A stretch of DNA of 64,000 nucleotides. It comes from a virus. Position 1 is the first letter of the stretch. Every line of letters begins with the position of its first letter. The notes beneath the pieces were generated by a model. It saw only the letters and a program-made list of their open reading frames with translations, searched no databases and had not been told where the DNA came from. The translations under genes were made by a program, and so were the position numbers. Positions 17,601 through 26,848 of the stretch are shown piece by piece. Where the stretch lies: IMG/VR virus record IMGVR_UViG_3300029928_000198; one strand, written 5' to 3'.

Positions 17601-18629
17601 TCATCTCTTCCTCACGTTCCTAGACAGTATCTGCGACTCCGCTATGTTCGAATAGGCGTAGTTGCGCACGATGGCCTGTCTGGCCTGCTTCCCTCTGAGC
17701 CTCGGTATCGCCTGATCGGGAATCTCAGGCGGCGTGTCGGTGAGAATGTGTCTGTCCTCACGATATGCGTCGCGGGGATTCTTCCCCCTGACGCCATCGT
17801 AATAGCCGGACTGGCTCGGGTCCAGCTTCGTACGGACATCCGTCTCGGCGACTGTCAATTTCTCCTCCATCTCCAAGATGGAATCGAGTTCTTCGGGGGA
17901 AAGGCATCTGATGTACTCGTCATCGAGCCTTCCCTCCTCGTCCATGGGGTACGGCGTCCTCAGGATGCCTTCTCTTGAGTCGTCCACCGCCCTGAGGTGA
18001 TGGACCATCTCGTGGACCACCCCGTCGGCGGTGCATCCCGATTCGAGTGCTATGACGGGAATCTCGACCCCGTCCTGCTTGCGCCAGTAGCACCCCGTGG
18101 CTTCCCCGCCGTCCGGTATCGTATGTATCACGAACGACCCGTGACGGCTCATCTTCTCTATCTCTGAAAGCGTGAACGAGCTGGCCAGAACCTGTCTTAT
18201 GCGGTCGGCCTCCTCCTTGGGGGCAATGACCGCTATGCGCCTCTGGACCATCTGCTGCTCCTTCGGTAGGGACGATACGTCGTAGATCGACGAATCCTCG
18301 TCGTCCAGCCCCGCGATGTCGCATACGGACGGATCAATCCACCAGTCCACGATGTCGTCGGGCGTGAAGGGTCCATACCTCACCGGCACGCCTCCATGCC
18401 CCACATCCGCGTCGAAGGCCCCCACCTGCTGGAAACGCTGGGCCAATGCCCACATGGGGACGTGTCCTTCCCTGTCGTAGGGTATCGATACCTCTCCGTA
18501 GTCGGTATCGTATACCATGTACCTCATGGAATCGTAGTCCGAAAGGGGGTCCTCGGGCTTCTCGTCCCTGCTAGCGATCTTCCTCTTCCCCTTGCGGATG
18601 CCCCTCAGTTTCTCCTTCAATCCGAGCAT
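17601..18629 (-). CDS. Zincin-like metallopeptidase-domain protein
   Basis: VVHEMVHHLR (HExxH) preceded by ATGCYW...PVIAL; N-terminal basic run; ends SRNVRKR. Confidence 0.65.
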   Translation of the reverse strand: MLGLKEKLRGIRKGKRKIASRDEKPEDPLSDYDSMRYMVYDTDYGEVSIPYDREGHVPMWALAQRFQQVGAFDADVGHGGVPVRYGPFTPDDIVDWWIDPSVCDIAGLDDEDSSIYDVSSLPKEQQMVQRRIAVIAPKEEADRIRQVLASSFTLSEIEKMSRHGSFVIHTIPDGGEATGCYWRKQDGVEIPVIALESGCTADGVVHEMVHHLRAVDDSREGILRTPYPMDEEGRLDDEYIRCLSPEELDSILEMEEKLTVAETDVRTKLDPSQSGYYDGVRGKNPRDAYREDRHILTDTPPEIPDQAIPRLRGKQARQAIVRNYAYSNIAESQILSRNVRKR

Positions 18630-19915
18630 CGTCTCGCCTCCTCCGTTGAGCATCTAAGGGGGACGGAACGCATCGGAATCCCGACGTCGTCGGAGCCGCA
18701 TCCGTCGGTCTCCTCGTTGACGGAAACGGAGCTTCCGCTACCTTCGATTCCCGCCTTCCGCTTAGAAATATATATAGGGGGTTCGAAACGCCCCCTTTTC
18801 CGTCCGTCGTCATCGATGCTGGGTGCATCCTCGTTTTGACGGACTCCGTCATCGTCTTCCGACGTGTTTTCGGGGTCGGAAACGGGCGTTTTCGCAGGGT
18901 TCCTCCTGCTATCCTTCCCCCATTCGTCGTTCCATCTTCCCGTGGACTTCAAACGGTCCGTCAAAGTGTTCCTCGGCATGCCGACGATGTACGCGATCGT
19001 CTTCCACGGAAGCCCCGTCTCGTCCTTCATGCGCGTCGCGATGTCAAGCACGTTCTCGGACGGGTCGTCCGACTCCTCCTCGGATTCCTCCTTGACCTTC
19101 ATCACGCCGTAGTAGCGTTCTATCGCCGGAAGCAGGTCGATCGATGCCGTTCCGCCGATGTATCTGTTGAAGTCCTCCCAGTCGAAGCCGTCTCCGACAT
19201 GGAATGTGGCGGAAGCCTCGTGGTCGTAGCAGTACTCCCCGGGCCTGATGGCCTCCTTCGTCTTCGTCCACTCGGTTATGGGGACCTTCACCAGTACAGG
19301 CTTGGTCCAGTTGTAGTTCTTCGCGAAAATGAACGCCTTCGGCGAATCCGACAGATTGGCCTTCTTGATGTACTTGGCATTCCAGCCGAGGTCCTTCTTC
19401 CACTCGGCGGTAAGGTTCCCGGGGTACTTCGGGTCGTTTATCCAGTTGCGGAATGCAGGTCCGATGGACTGCTTGCTGGGGCATAGGAACCATACCGCCA
19501 GACGGAACTTGCGTATCGTACCTAGGAACTCCTTCATCATCGCGGACGAGTTGCTGGAGTTGCCGTCTCCGGCTATGAAGTTCTGAGCCTCGTCCAGAAT
19601 CAGCAGGATCGTCACGTCCTTGCCGTTGTCCCGCAGTATCTCGTAGATCTTCCAGAAGGTGTCCCTCATGGTCTCCACGTGGTAGACGCCGTTGGGGCAT
19701 TCCACGACGAGCTTCCCGTTGCCCAGCTTGTGGAAGAAGATGATGTTCGTGAGGACGAACACCTTCCCCACGGCGGGATACATGCCCTTGACCAGCTGCT
19801 CGGAAACGGCGATGGCCGTATGGGTCTTACCTCCGCCGCGGAATCCGGATGTCAGCCATACGGCTCCGGGGAAGAGCATGTCGCCGTAGATCCCCTCGGC
19901 CTGCGACCTGCCCAT
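18617..19915 (-). CDS. P-loop ATPase of FtsK/HerA-related extrusion type (pleolipovirus NTPase / Zot-like) with C-terminal HTH
   Basis: Walker A GFRGGGKT, VLTNI, Walker B LLILDEAQ, TIRKF (Arg finger), LPWKTIAYIVGMPRNTLTDRL (HTH). Confidence 0.75.
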   Translation of the reverse strand: MGRSQAEGIYGDMLFPGAVWLTSGFRGGGKTHTAIAVSEQLVKGMYPAVGKVFVLTNIIFFHKLGNGKLVVECPNGVYHVETMRDTFWKIYEILRDNGKDVTILLILDEAQNFIAGDGNSSNSSAMMKEFLGTIRKFRLAVWFLCPSKQSIGPAFRNWINDPKYPGNLTAEWKKDLGWNAKYIKKANLSDSPKAFIFAKNYNWTKPVLVKVPITEWTKTKEAIRPGEYCYDHEASATFHVGDGFDWEDFNRYIGGTASIDLLPAIERYYGVMKVKEESEEESDDPSENVLDIATRMKDETGLPWKTIAYIVGMPRNTLTDRLKSTGRWNDEWGKDSRRNPAKTPVSDPENTSEDDDGVRQNEDAPSIDDDGRKRGRFEPPIYISKRKAGIEGSGSSVSVNEETDGCGSDDVGIPMRSVPLRCSTEEARRCSD

Positions 19916-20277
19916 CGGAATCCCCCCAGATCGACGAGCTGGATGTCATCGTCCTCTTTCGCCAGCTCCAGCGGGGCCTTGTCTATCAGGCCCACGGTGC
20001 GCATTATCTGCTCGTAGACCATGATGTAGTGGCGGTAGACCCTTCCGGAAACCCTCAGGTTGTCATCGTCGTCGGGTAGAGGCTCCATCCGCTGCAGCGC
20101 CTCGTACTCCTCGAACTTCCATAGCATCTGATCGGGACAGCATGGAGAAAGGCATAGCTCGAACGTGCGGAGGTAGGATACGCAGTAGTCGCCCAGCGAA
20201 TATCTCTGGACCATCGTGCGCCATGCGGAGTTCAGGTCCGTGGTCAGGTCCTTGTAGAGCGACGTCTGGGTGGTCAT
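19852..20277 (-). CDS. Hypothetical protein of the ATPase operon
   Basis: ATGA coupling to the upstream gene. Confidence 0.7.
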   Translation of the reverse strand: MTTQTSLYKDLTTDLNSAWRTMVQRYSLGDYCVSYLRTFELCLSPCCPDQMLWKFEEYEALQRMEPLPDDDDNLRVSGRVYRHYIMVYEQIMRTVGLIDKAPLELAKEDDDIQLVDLGGFRWAGRRPRGSTATCSSPEPYG

Positions 20278-21215
20278 GCGCAAGCCTCCATCAGGAACCA
20301 GTCCATGTCGTCCAGATAGAATCCGTCCAGATCGCGGCGGACGCGGTCGTGGACGGGTCCGGTGACCCAGTCCCTCATCCTTTCAGGCTCATGGTCCTCG
20401 GATTCTCCGGGGGCCTCGGACTTCCAGTACTCCTCGGATGTCGGGTCCTCGGAATCGCTCTCCTCCTTGGCCTCCTCCTTGGCTTCGGCCTCCATCTTCC
20501 CGAAGGCTTCCTCGGCCTCCTTGTAGATCGGTAGCTTCGTTATGTCGAACGGCTCATCCTCGTGCTCGGCCTCGTCCTGACGCTCCATCGCCCTGTTGGG
20601 GTCCATCTCGTCGTCCTTGGCCTTCTTCCAAGCCTCGTACTCCTTGGCGAACTTCTCCTTGGCCTCGTTGTACTCCTTGATGGACATCTCCATCTGCTCG
20701 GCGTCCTGCTCGGCCTTGAGCTTGTCATCGTCCAGAAGCTCCCTCAGCATCTCGTAGTCGATGCGCTCGTTCTTCCCGGAGGTGGCCGCCATCCACATGG
20801 TCTCGGAGATCGTGCTCTTCTCGCGGACCTCCTTCACGTGCTTGTCCACGCCCTTCAGGCGTGCGTACATCTCGTTCTTGGCCCTGCGGACGCTCAGGTC
20901 CCTAAGCGCGGTTCCGCGCTTGATGACCTCTCTGAGCTGGAGCAGGTCCTTCTGCTTTTCAGGCTCGTTGACCAGCGGTCTTCTCGACCATATCATGCTG
21001 GGGCGGTGGTTCACCACGTAGCTGCAGAACTCGACGTCGCGTATCTTGGACATCTCCTCCTTGAGCTGACGGTTGAGTTCGTCCTCCAGCGCATCCCACC
21101 ACCACGTGGCGGATTTTATGAAGGTGTACTCGTCGCCGTAGGTGATGGCCTCGGCGGTGTTGGAATCGGGACGGGTTATCATCACCGACTGCTCGAACGG
21201 CTGGTTCTCAAACAT
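20274..21215 (-). CDS. Acidic coiled-coil protein of the ATPase operon
   Basis: Long E/K-rich helical heptads. Confidence 0.8.
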   Translation of the reverse strand: MFENQPFEQSVMITRPDSNTAEAITYGDEYTFIKSATWWWDALEDELNRQLKEEMSKIRDVEFCSYVVNHRPSMIWSRRPLVNEPEKQKDLLQLREVIKRGTALRDLSVRRAKNEMYARLKGVDKHVKEVREKSTISETMWMAATSGKNERIDYEMLRELLDDDKLKAEQDAEQMEMSIKEYNEAKEKFAKEYEAWKKAKDDEMDPNRAMERQDEAEHEDEPFDITKLPIYKEAEEAFGKMEAEAKEEAKEESDSEDPTSEEYWKSEAPGESEDHEPERMRDWVTGPVHDRVRRDLDGFYLDDMDWFLMEACA

Positions 21216-22101
21216 TCTGAGCAGCCTCCGATTCCTGGGCCTCCTTCGTGGCCCTCTTCATCTCCTTGGACTTCTTCTTGCGGTCCACCAGCTCCTCCAT
21301 CTGGACGCCCAGCTCGTCCATGAAGATGGAGCTGGGGTCCTTCGACGCAAGGGCGTTGAGGACCATCGCACCGCCCTTGACCTGAGCGGTCTGGAGGGCG
21401 GTGTGAAGCTCGGCGTTGGCCACCTGAAGCTCCGCGTACTGGGTGAACATCGACTCGTACTCGTTGGAGCGAACGAGGAAATCGTACGGGGAATCGGTGC
21501 AGTTGGGGGACGGGATGTACTTCCTTCCCTGAACATGGAACTTGAACTTCCACTTCTGCACCTCGAAGTCGTTGATCTCCATCCCCGCAAGGTCTATCGT
21601 ATCCGCCTCAAGCTTGAGGAAGACGGACTTCAGGACCACGTGGCGGGTCCTCGATACGGCTGAAAGCTGGAGGGGGTTGTCGATGCCGAAGAAGACTGTC
21701 TTGCAGATCTCCTTGAAGCCCTGAGGCTGCCAGCAGAGCCTCCCCTCCTTGTTGTAATAGCGGACGATCGGCTCGATGTCCTGCCTCATCTCAACGATCT
21801 GGTGGACGCCCACGTAGATGACGTCCTGAGGGTTCATGATGTAGCCCACGAGGTATCCGGACCAGAAGGCCAGCAGCATGAGGATCATCCAGAGCTGGTA
21901 GAACACGTCGGGCGTCGTTCCGGGCCATATCATGTCCCCGATGTACGGACCGAGGGTCAGCAGGAGGACGATGTAGGACAGAGGCTCGTTGAAGGCCACC
22001 ATGGCATGCGTCCTGTTGCGGAACGAGGCTCCGACGATGTGGCCCACGAAGACCAGCAGAACGGCCGGGAAACCCATCACGACCGAGTCAAGAACGCTCA
22101 T
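21208..22101 (-). CDS. Membrane protein (about 3 N-terminal TM) with C-terminal coiled coil
   Basis: Hydrophobic N-terminal segments; YAELQVANAELHTALQ coiled coil. Confidence 0.8.
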   Translation of the reverse strand: MSVLDSVVMGFPAVLLVFVGHIVGASFRNRTHAMVAFNEPLSYIVLLLTLGPYIGDMIWPGTTPDVFYQLWMILMLLAFWSGYLVGYIMNPQDVIYVGVHQIVEMRQDIEPIVRYYNKEGRLCWQPQGFKEICKTVFFGIDNPLQLSAVSRTRHVVLKSVFLKLEADTIDLAGMEINDFEVQKWKFKFHVQGRKYIPSPNCTDSPYDFLVRSNEYESMFTQYAELQVANAELHTALQTAQVKGGAMVLNALASKDPSSIFMDELGVQMEELVDRKKKSKEMKRATKEAQESEAAQNV

Positions 22102-22337
22102 ACCAGCACCCCCATGACGGTAAGGACCGTCGTGAACAGGAGGATGCCGCTGGCGATGTAGCGTCTGAGTACGGCCGTGACGAACAGGGCGATTATCTGG
22201 CCTGCAAGGAGGACGGTCTCCCAGTTCTCGGTCACGTATTCGAATGCGGCGTCCACGGACTGGCCCTTGGCTATCCAGATCATCAGAAGAAGCCCTCCCA
22301 CCGCCGCACCCACGTAAAGGCCGGTCAGCTTGGACAT
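22098..22337 (-). CDS. Small 2-3 TM membrane protein (candidate matrix protein)
   Basis: GGAGG RBS; MSKLTGLYVGAAVGGLLLMIWIA...; first gene of the operon. Confidence 0.75.
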   Translation of the reverse strand: MSKLTGLYVGAAVGGLLLMIWIAKGQSVDAAFEYVTENWETVLLAGQIIALFVTAVLRRYIASGILLFTTVLTVMGVLV

Positions 22338-22533
22338 TGCGCCGCCTCCATCATTCCGCATCTGGGGAACCCGGGTCCGTCACCGCGTATAGCCGTCATT
22401 CGATTCTTCCTCCCGGCCATCGAGCGGTCGGGCGATGGTGAGTGATTCGCGAAATAGCATTTAACCGAGCGATTTTCGATGGGATGCGGTCAGAAGGAAC
22501 GGAGGTGTCATGCGCTGCACGAGTGCAAGGGAA

Positions 22534-22558
22534 CCAAGAAAACGCAACCCCTTAAATA
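22534..22558. promoter_or_regulatory. Conserved BRE-TATA motif, divergent copy
   Basis: CCAAGAAAACGCAACCCCTTAAATA followed by CGGAGTCC, like CTTAAATAGAGTCC in the sRNA promoters. Confidence 0.5.
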
Positions 22559-22580
22559 CGGAGTCCAGAAGGCCGCATTC

Positions 22581-22810
22581 CGAGGCTGGAAGGAATCGGG
22601 AATCGGTGCGGTCCAGCATCAACTTTGAACTTTGCATCCGAATGCAAAGTTGTGCAAAGCTGCACATCCCGAGGTCACGAGAAGACGAGGCGGACTGCGA
22701 TTCCCGATCAGAGGGCATCGGAGGTCAAGGAGAATCGCGCTCCGCTTGATTTGCAGGCATACGTCGAATAACGAATTCGTCAATCGACGTCAGAAATCGA
22801 TGCCGGAAGG
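22581..22810 (+). ncRNA. Candidate structured non-coding RNA (or ssDNA structural element)
   Basis: 10-bp IR 22596-22605/22698-22707 encloses a 10-bp hairpin (22628-22651) and GTGCA/TGCAC; second domain GGCATCG/CGATGCC encloses ACGTCGA/TCGACGT; starts about 23 nt after the TATA box. Confidence 0.45.
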
Positions 22811-22870
22811 CCATGCAGAAACGGAAGCGGAGAAGTAAGGGGTTTCCCGGCTTGCGCCGGTAAGAGGCGA

Positions 22871-25597
22871 TCAGCCGATTACAGCCCTGAACACGAATAC
22901 GATGACGATCAGGGCGACGATGATGATCATCAGGACCTTGAGGATGTCCTTCATATCGAGTTCCTTGTCCTCGGATTCCTTGTCGGGGTCGGCATGGGTG
23001 GCGATCACGTTGATGATGAAGCTCTCCTCCACCGGCTCCCTGTCGCCGTCGGTGACGATCAGGGTCACGTTGAAGCAGCCGTTTACGGCCGCCGTTCCGA
23101 CGATGTGTCCGTCATCGGAGATGGAAAGCCACGAGGGGGATTTGCCGTAGTCGATAGCGACCTTCGCGCCTGCGGGGTCCACCGTCACGGGGATGTCCAG
23201 CTTGTCTCCGACCCTGACGTACTGCGTCTGGATGCTCTTGACGATGATCGAGTCGTACTTGACCTCGCCGTCTCCGGTGACCTTGGTTCCGTCGATGGTT
23301 CCAGTGCGTCCGACCTGAACCTTGGAGCCTGCATCGTTGGCCATTGCGGTCTCGATGACTCCCTGAACCTTCACGGTCCCTGCGTTCCTGATGGTTCCCT
23401 CTCCGAGGATCTTGCCCTCCGCCTCGACCGTGAGGATGGAGGAGGCGGGAACCACGAGGGATGCGCCGTTCAGATTCAGTTCGCCATCGACTTTCGCGAT
23501 TCCGGTGACGGTGATGGTTCCGTCGGAGGATTCCTCGAAGTCTCCGCTGATGACGACGGAGCCTCTTGCGAAGGCAAGGCCCTTCTCTCCTGCGGTCACA
23601 TCGACGAACTCGACGCCGTTGGCCATGTTGGTGTCGAACCAGACCTTCCCATCGACGGAGCCTCCGGCGGGGACCTTCATGAGCCTGTTGACTGCGACGG
23701 TCTTTCCGGCATCCACGGTTCCGGTGATCTCGGCCTCCTCGACCTTGATGACGATGATCCCGACGGTCTTCTCGCCGGTTGCATCGATGGCCGTGTTGGT
23801 GATCAGATCGAATCCGTTGGCAAGCCTGATGCCGAGCATCTTCTCGGTCCCGTCCACGGCCGCACCGTGGAAGCGGACCTCGGTTTCTCCGGAGGAGATG
23901 ATCTCGGCGTCGAAGGACTGAGCGTAGGTCCTGATGGTTCCGTCGGCGTTGGGTGCGCATCCGAAGACGACTGCGGCATCGGTGAACCTGTTGCCGCTCA
24001 TCGTGAGCTTCTTGATGGACCCGGATGCCTCGGACTCGATGTCGTCGGCAACATCATCGGTAAGGCCTGCACCGCCGCGCTGGGCGATGGCGATGTCGGC
24101 GGAGAACTCGGAATCCACGATCTCGATCTTCGCGTTGTCCACTCCGATGATGTTGATGTCCAATGCGGAGCCGAAAACGGACTTCTCGACGAGAAGCGAC
24201 TTGACGTTGGTAAGGCTGAGTCCGAAGGAGCCGTAGCCCTTGATGTCGCAGGATTTGACGATGAGTTCGACGGGGCGAACGTCGCTGGCCAGATTCTTTC
24301 CGGAGATCGCGGATACGACGGTTCCGTCGCCTTCCATCACGAGGTTCCTCAGGACCACCTTGTAGCGTCCCTCCTCGGAACCGCTAGCATCCAGCTCAAA
24401 GGAGCCGGCGAACCTGTGGCCGTTTCCGTCGATGATGATGTCCTTGTCGATGAGGACGGCATCGGTTCCCTTGACATCGTTCAGGATGCCTACGGTGGAC
24501 TCCTTCTTCGCATCGGCGACTGCCGCTGCAAGGGTAGCGTAGTAGGTGCTGTCGATGACTGCCTCGGCGGAGTTCCTGACGATCTCGGGTGCGTCGCCGA
24601 CGAAGGTTGCCTTGTTGAAAACAAGAGTCTTGTCAACATCGATTATATTGCCGTCGAAGGTCCCCCCGTTGATGGTCAGCTTCGATACGATTGTTTTTGT
24701 GAATTCGTTGTAGTTGTAGACATCCCCGGTGAATGTTCCTCCGTTGATGGTGAGGGTTCCGAGGTCGTGGGATGCACCGCATCCGCAGTTGATGACGGAG
24801 TACTTGCTTTCGGCATCGAAGTTTCCGCCTTCGATGGTGCAGACATTATGGTTCTGGACAGCGGCCTGAGTATAGTTGGTGAATGTTCCGTCCTTGATGA
24901 GGATCTTCGCCCCATCGTCGTTCTTTATGGTGTTGATTCCTCCAGTGAATGTTCCTCCGTTGATGGTGAGGGTAGGCTCGGCATGGTTGACCCCCTCGAC
25001 ATACCCCTTCCTCTGGTTGGATTTCTCTCCGTAGCTGTAGTATCCGTTGTCCAGCAGGCTGGAGAAGTGGCCGTTCTGAGTGAACGTTCCGCCGTCGATG
25101 ATCATGATTCCGTGGTTCAGCACCGCATAGTAGGAATTGCCACCGGAATCGGTGTCGCTCTTGCCGTTCTCCTTGGAGCGGTCGAAGGTTCCGCTCATGA
25201 TATTGACAGTTCCGTTGTTGAACAGAGCAGCCTTCCCATGGGTTATGTTATCGACGGTTCCGTTCTCGCCGGAGTCCTTAACCGTAAGCTCGGCTCCGAA
25301 AAGGACCGTAATCGTATCGGATGATACGTTGGTCAGCTTGTGGCCGTTGAGGTCGATGGTTATCTTCTTGTCCGCAGGGATGGTGACATCCTCGGTCACA
25401 TCGCCTGCCAGCTTGAGCACGGCTCCCTCTCCGGCCGCGCTGATCGCGTCCTTCAGGGTGGGGTACCCTTTCTCATCCACGAAGACCACGTTCTCGGCGA
25501 CGCCTTCCTCCGCATCGGTACTGGGCATGCAGACCAGTACCGCAGAGCAGACCAGCATCGCGATTGCGATTATCGCGAAATTGTTCTTCAGTTCCAT
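22871..25597 (-). CDS. Surface adhesin: beta-helix-like repeats, C-terminal Ig domain and TM anchor
   Basis: Signal peptide MELKNNFAIIAIAMLVC; YPTLKDAI..A...ITIDLNG; INGGTF repeats; PSWLSISDDGHIVGT; C-terminal TM. Confidence 0.85.
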   Translation of the reverse strand: MELKNNFAIIAIAMLVCSAVLVCMPSTDAEEGVAENVVFVDEKGYPTLKDAISAAGEGAVLKLAGDVTEDVTIPADKKITIDLNGHKLTNVSSDTITVLFGAELTVKDSGENGTVDNITHGKAALFNNGTVNIMSGTFDRSKENGKSDTDSGGNSYYAVLNHGIMIIDGGTFTQNGHFSSLLDNGYYSYGEKSNQRKGYVEGVNHAEPTLTINGGTFTGGINTIKNDDGAKILIKDGTFTNYTQAAVQNHNVCTIEGGNFDAESKYSVINCGCGASHDLGTLTINGGTFTGDVYNYNEFTKTIVSKLTINGGTFDGNIIDVDKTLVFNKATFVGDAPEIVRNSAEAVIDSTYYATLAAAVADAKKESTVGILNDVKGTDAVLIDKDIIIDGNGHRFAGSFELDASGSEEGRYKVVLRNLVMEGDGTVVSAISGKNLASDVRPVELIVKSCDIKGYGSFGLSLTNVKSLLVEKSVFGSALDINIIGVDNAKIEIVDSEFSADIAIAQRGGAGLTDDVADDIESEASGSIKKLTMSGNRFTDAAVVFGCAPNADGTIRTYAQSFDAEIISSGETEVRFHGAAVDGTEKMLGIRLANGFDLITNTAIDATGEKTVGIIVIKVEEAEITGTVDAGKTVAVNRLMKVPAGGSVDGKVWFDTNMANGVEFVDVTAGEKGLAFARGSVVISGDFEESSDGTITVTGIAKVDGELNLNGASLVVPASSILTVEAEGKILGEGTIRNAGTVKVQGVIETAMANDAGSKVQVGRTGTIDGTKVTGDGEVKYDSIIVKSIQTQYVRVGDKLDIPVTVDPAGAKVAIDYGKSPSWLSISDDGHIVGTAAVNGCFNVTLIVTDGDREPVEESFIINVIATHADPDKESEDKELDMKDILKVLMIIIVALIVIVFVFRAVIG

Positions 25598-25720
25598 TCT
25601 ACCACCTAGGTTGGTGCGCCATACCATCGGCATGGCATGGGGTAGAGTGCGCCGAGCCTTGTTAAATCGGGGATAAACCGATTTTCAGTGCAATCCATCA
25701 AACCATGATTCCCTGCAAAC

Positions 25721-25745
25721 ACAAGGAACCGAAAACTCTTATAAA
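25721..25745. promoter_or_regulatory. Conserved ACAAGGAA-BRE-TATA motif copy
   Basis: ACAAGGAACCGAAAACTCTTATAAA between divergent genes. Confidence 0.55.
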
Positions 25746-25823
25746 GGAAACATAGTCGGAAAACCATCTGGCCATCGCACAACCATTAAATAGCGTCCGG
25801 GTGAGAATCTACCGTCGATAACC

Positions 25824-26039
25824 ATGATGGAGAAGATCGACATCAAGAAGGCCCAGACGATAGCGAAGAAGAAGGGACTCGTCCCCGGAAAGGTCAAGGG
25901 AACGAAGGCCATCCAGTTCACCAAGGGCGGCAACGCCAAGCTGGAAAGCATCACATGGGAAGAGTTCGAGCAGATCCTCAACGAGAAGGGGCTGGCGGTC
26001 TACGAGTCCGCCGGCTTCATGAGGCTCATGAAGGCTTGA
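25824..26039 (+). CDS. Small Lys-rich protein (candidate chromatin/nucleic-acid-binding protein)
   Basis: 71 aa, strongly basic, ITWEEFEQIL..KGLAVY; clean codon usage; TATA upstream. Confidence 0.75.
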   Translation: MMEKIDIKKAQTIAKKKGLVPGKVKGTKAIQFTKGGNAKLESITWEEFEQILNEKGLAVYESAGFMRLMKA

Positions 26040-26049
26040 ACACGGCAAC

Positions 26050-26113
26050 GCCGTCGCTGCTCGTCTTGGCATCCATCCCGCAAGAGATGGATTCCATCCG
26101 AGTCGGCGACGGC
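26050..26113 (+). terminator. Long hairpin downstream of the small basic protein gene
   Basis: GCCGTCGC/GCGACGGC outer stem and ATCCATC/GATGGAT inner stem, then CCCTTT. Confidence 0.45.
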
Positions 26114-26608
26114 CCCTTTAACCGCGCGTATTATTACACGCGCGTGCATATACCTACGTGGTCGCGGCCGGAGCACCGCTGCATCTCATTCCTCAATTCC
26201 GGCCCCGAACCTCTACTGTTTTTCGGGACCTCGGACGCGACCTAGAATCCCCGCTAGCGTGGTTTCCTTTGGATTTGACGAACGAACGGGCATATTCCCG
26301 ATACGGAGTTCATACCTGCATTCTGTCGGGGTTTTAGCGATACATTCCGCCGATTCATCAACAAGGAATCGTGTATAATTCATGCTAAAGCATGAATTAA
26401 AACGAGATTTAGGATTGCACAACATGCGATGATGATCATCGAATCAACAATATGTGCGGAAATGAAGAGAAATGGTCCAAAAACCACCGTTTAACCATCA
26501 TGCGGTGGAATCAGAATGATGCATTCCCACCACATCGGGAAAGTTCCAAAAAAAAGCGTCGTGCCGATGGTTGCTCCCCATCGGACACTACTGTGTTTTC
26601 CAACTGGT

Positions 26609-26848
26609 TCAGCAATATGCGAACGAACCGGTTCTATAAATCCAATCGTGAATGAAATCCACCATGTACGGATACATCCGCGTCATGTACAGGTCCCGTT
26701 CCTCGTCCAATAGATTGTAGACGCCTTTGTCAACGAACAGATCTATAGCATCGTTCAACGAGATTCCATACGTGTTGGCATACTCCATGGTAATGTTCGC
26801 TTTCATGATTTGATATTCCCGTTCTGGGAACTTGACGAATTCAACCAC
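26609..26848 (-). CDS. DUF3791-like small helical protein
   Basis: EYANTYGISLNDAIDLF...GVYNLL; follows the DUF3990-like gene. Confidence 0.65.
   Translation of the reverse strand: MVEFVKFPEREYQIMKANITMEYANTYGISLNDAIDLFVDKGVYNLLDEERDLYMTRMYPYMVDFIHDWIYRTGSFAYC

Noticed and set aside
18617-19915. ATPase as VirB4/TraD of a conjugation system
   Set aside because: Too short for VirB4, no N-terminal TM as in coupling proteins, and no relaxase or other T4SS genes seen; not excluded for regions outside the window.
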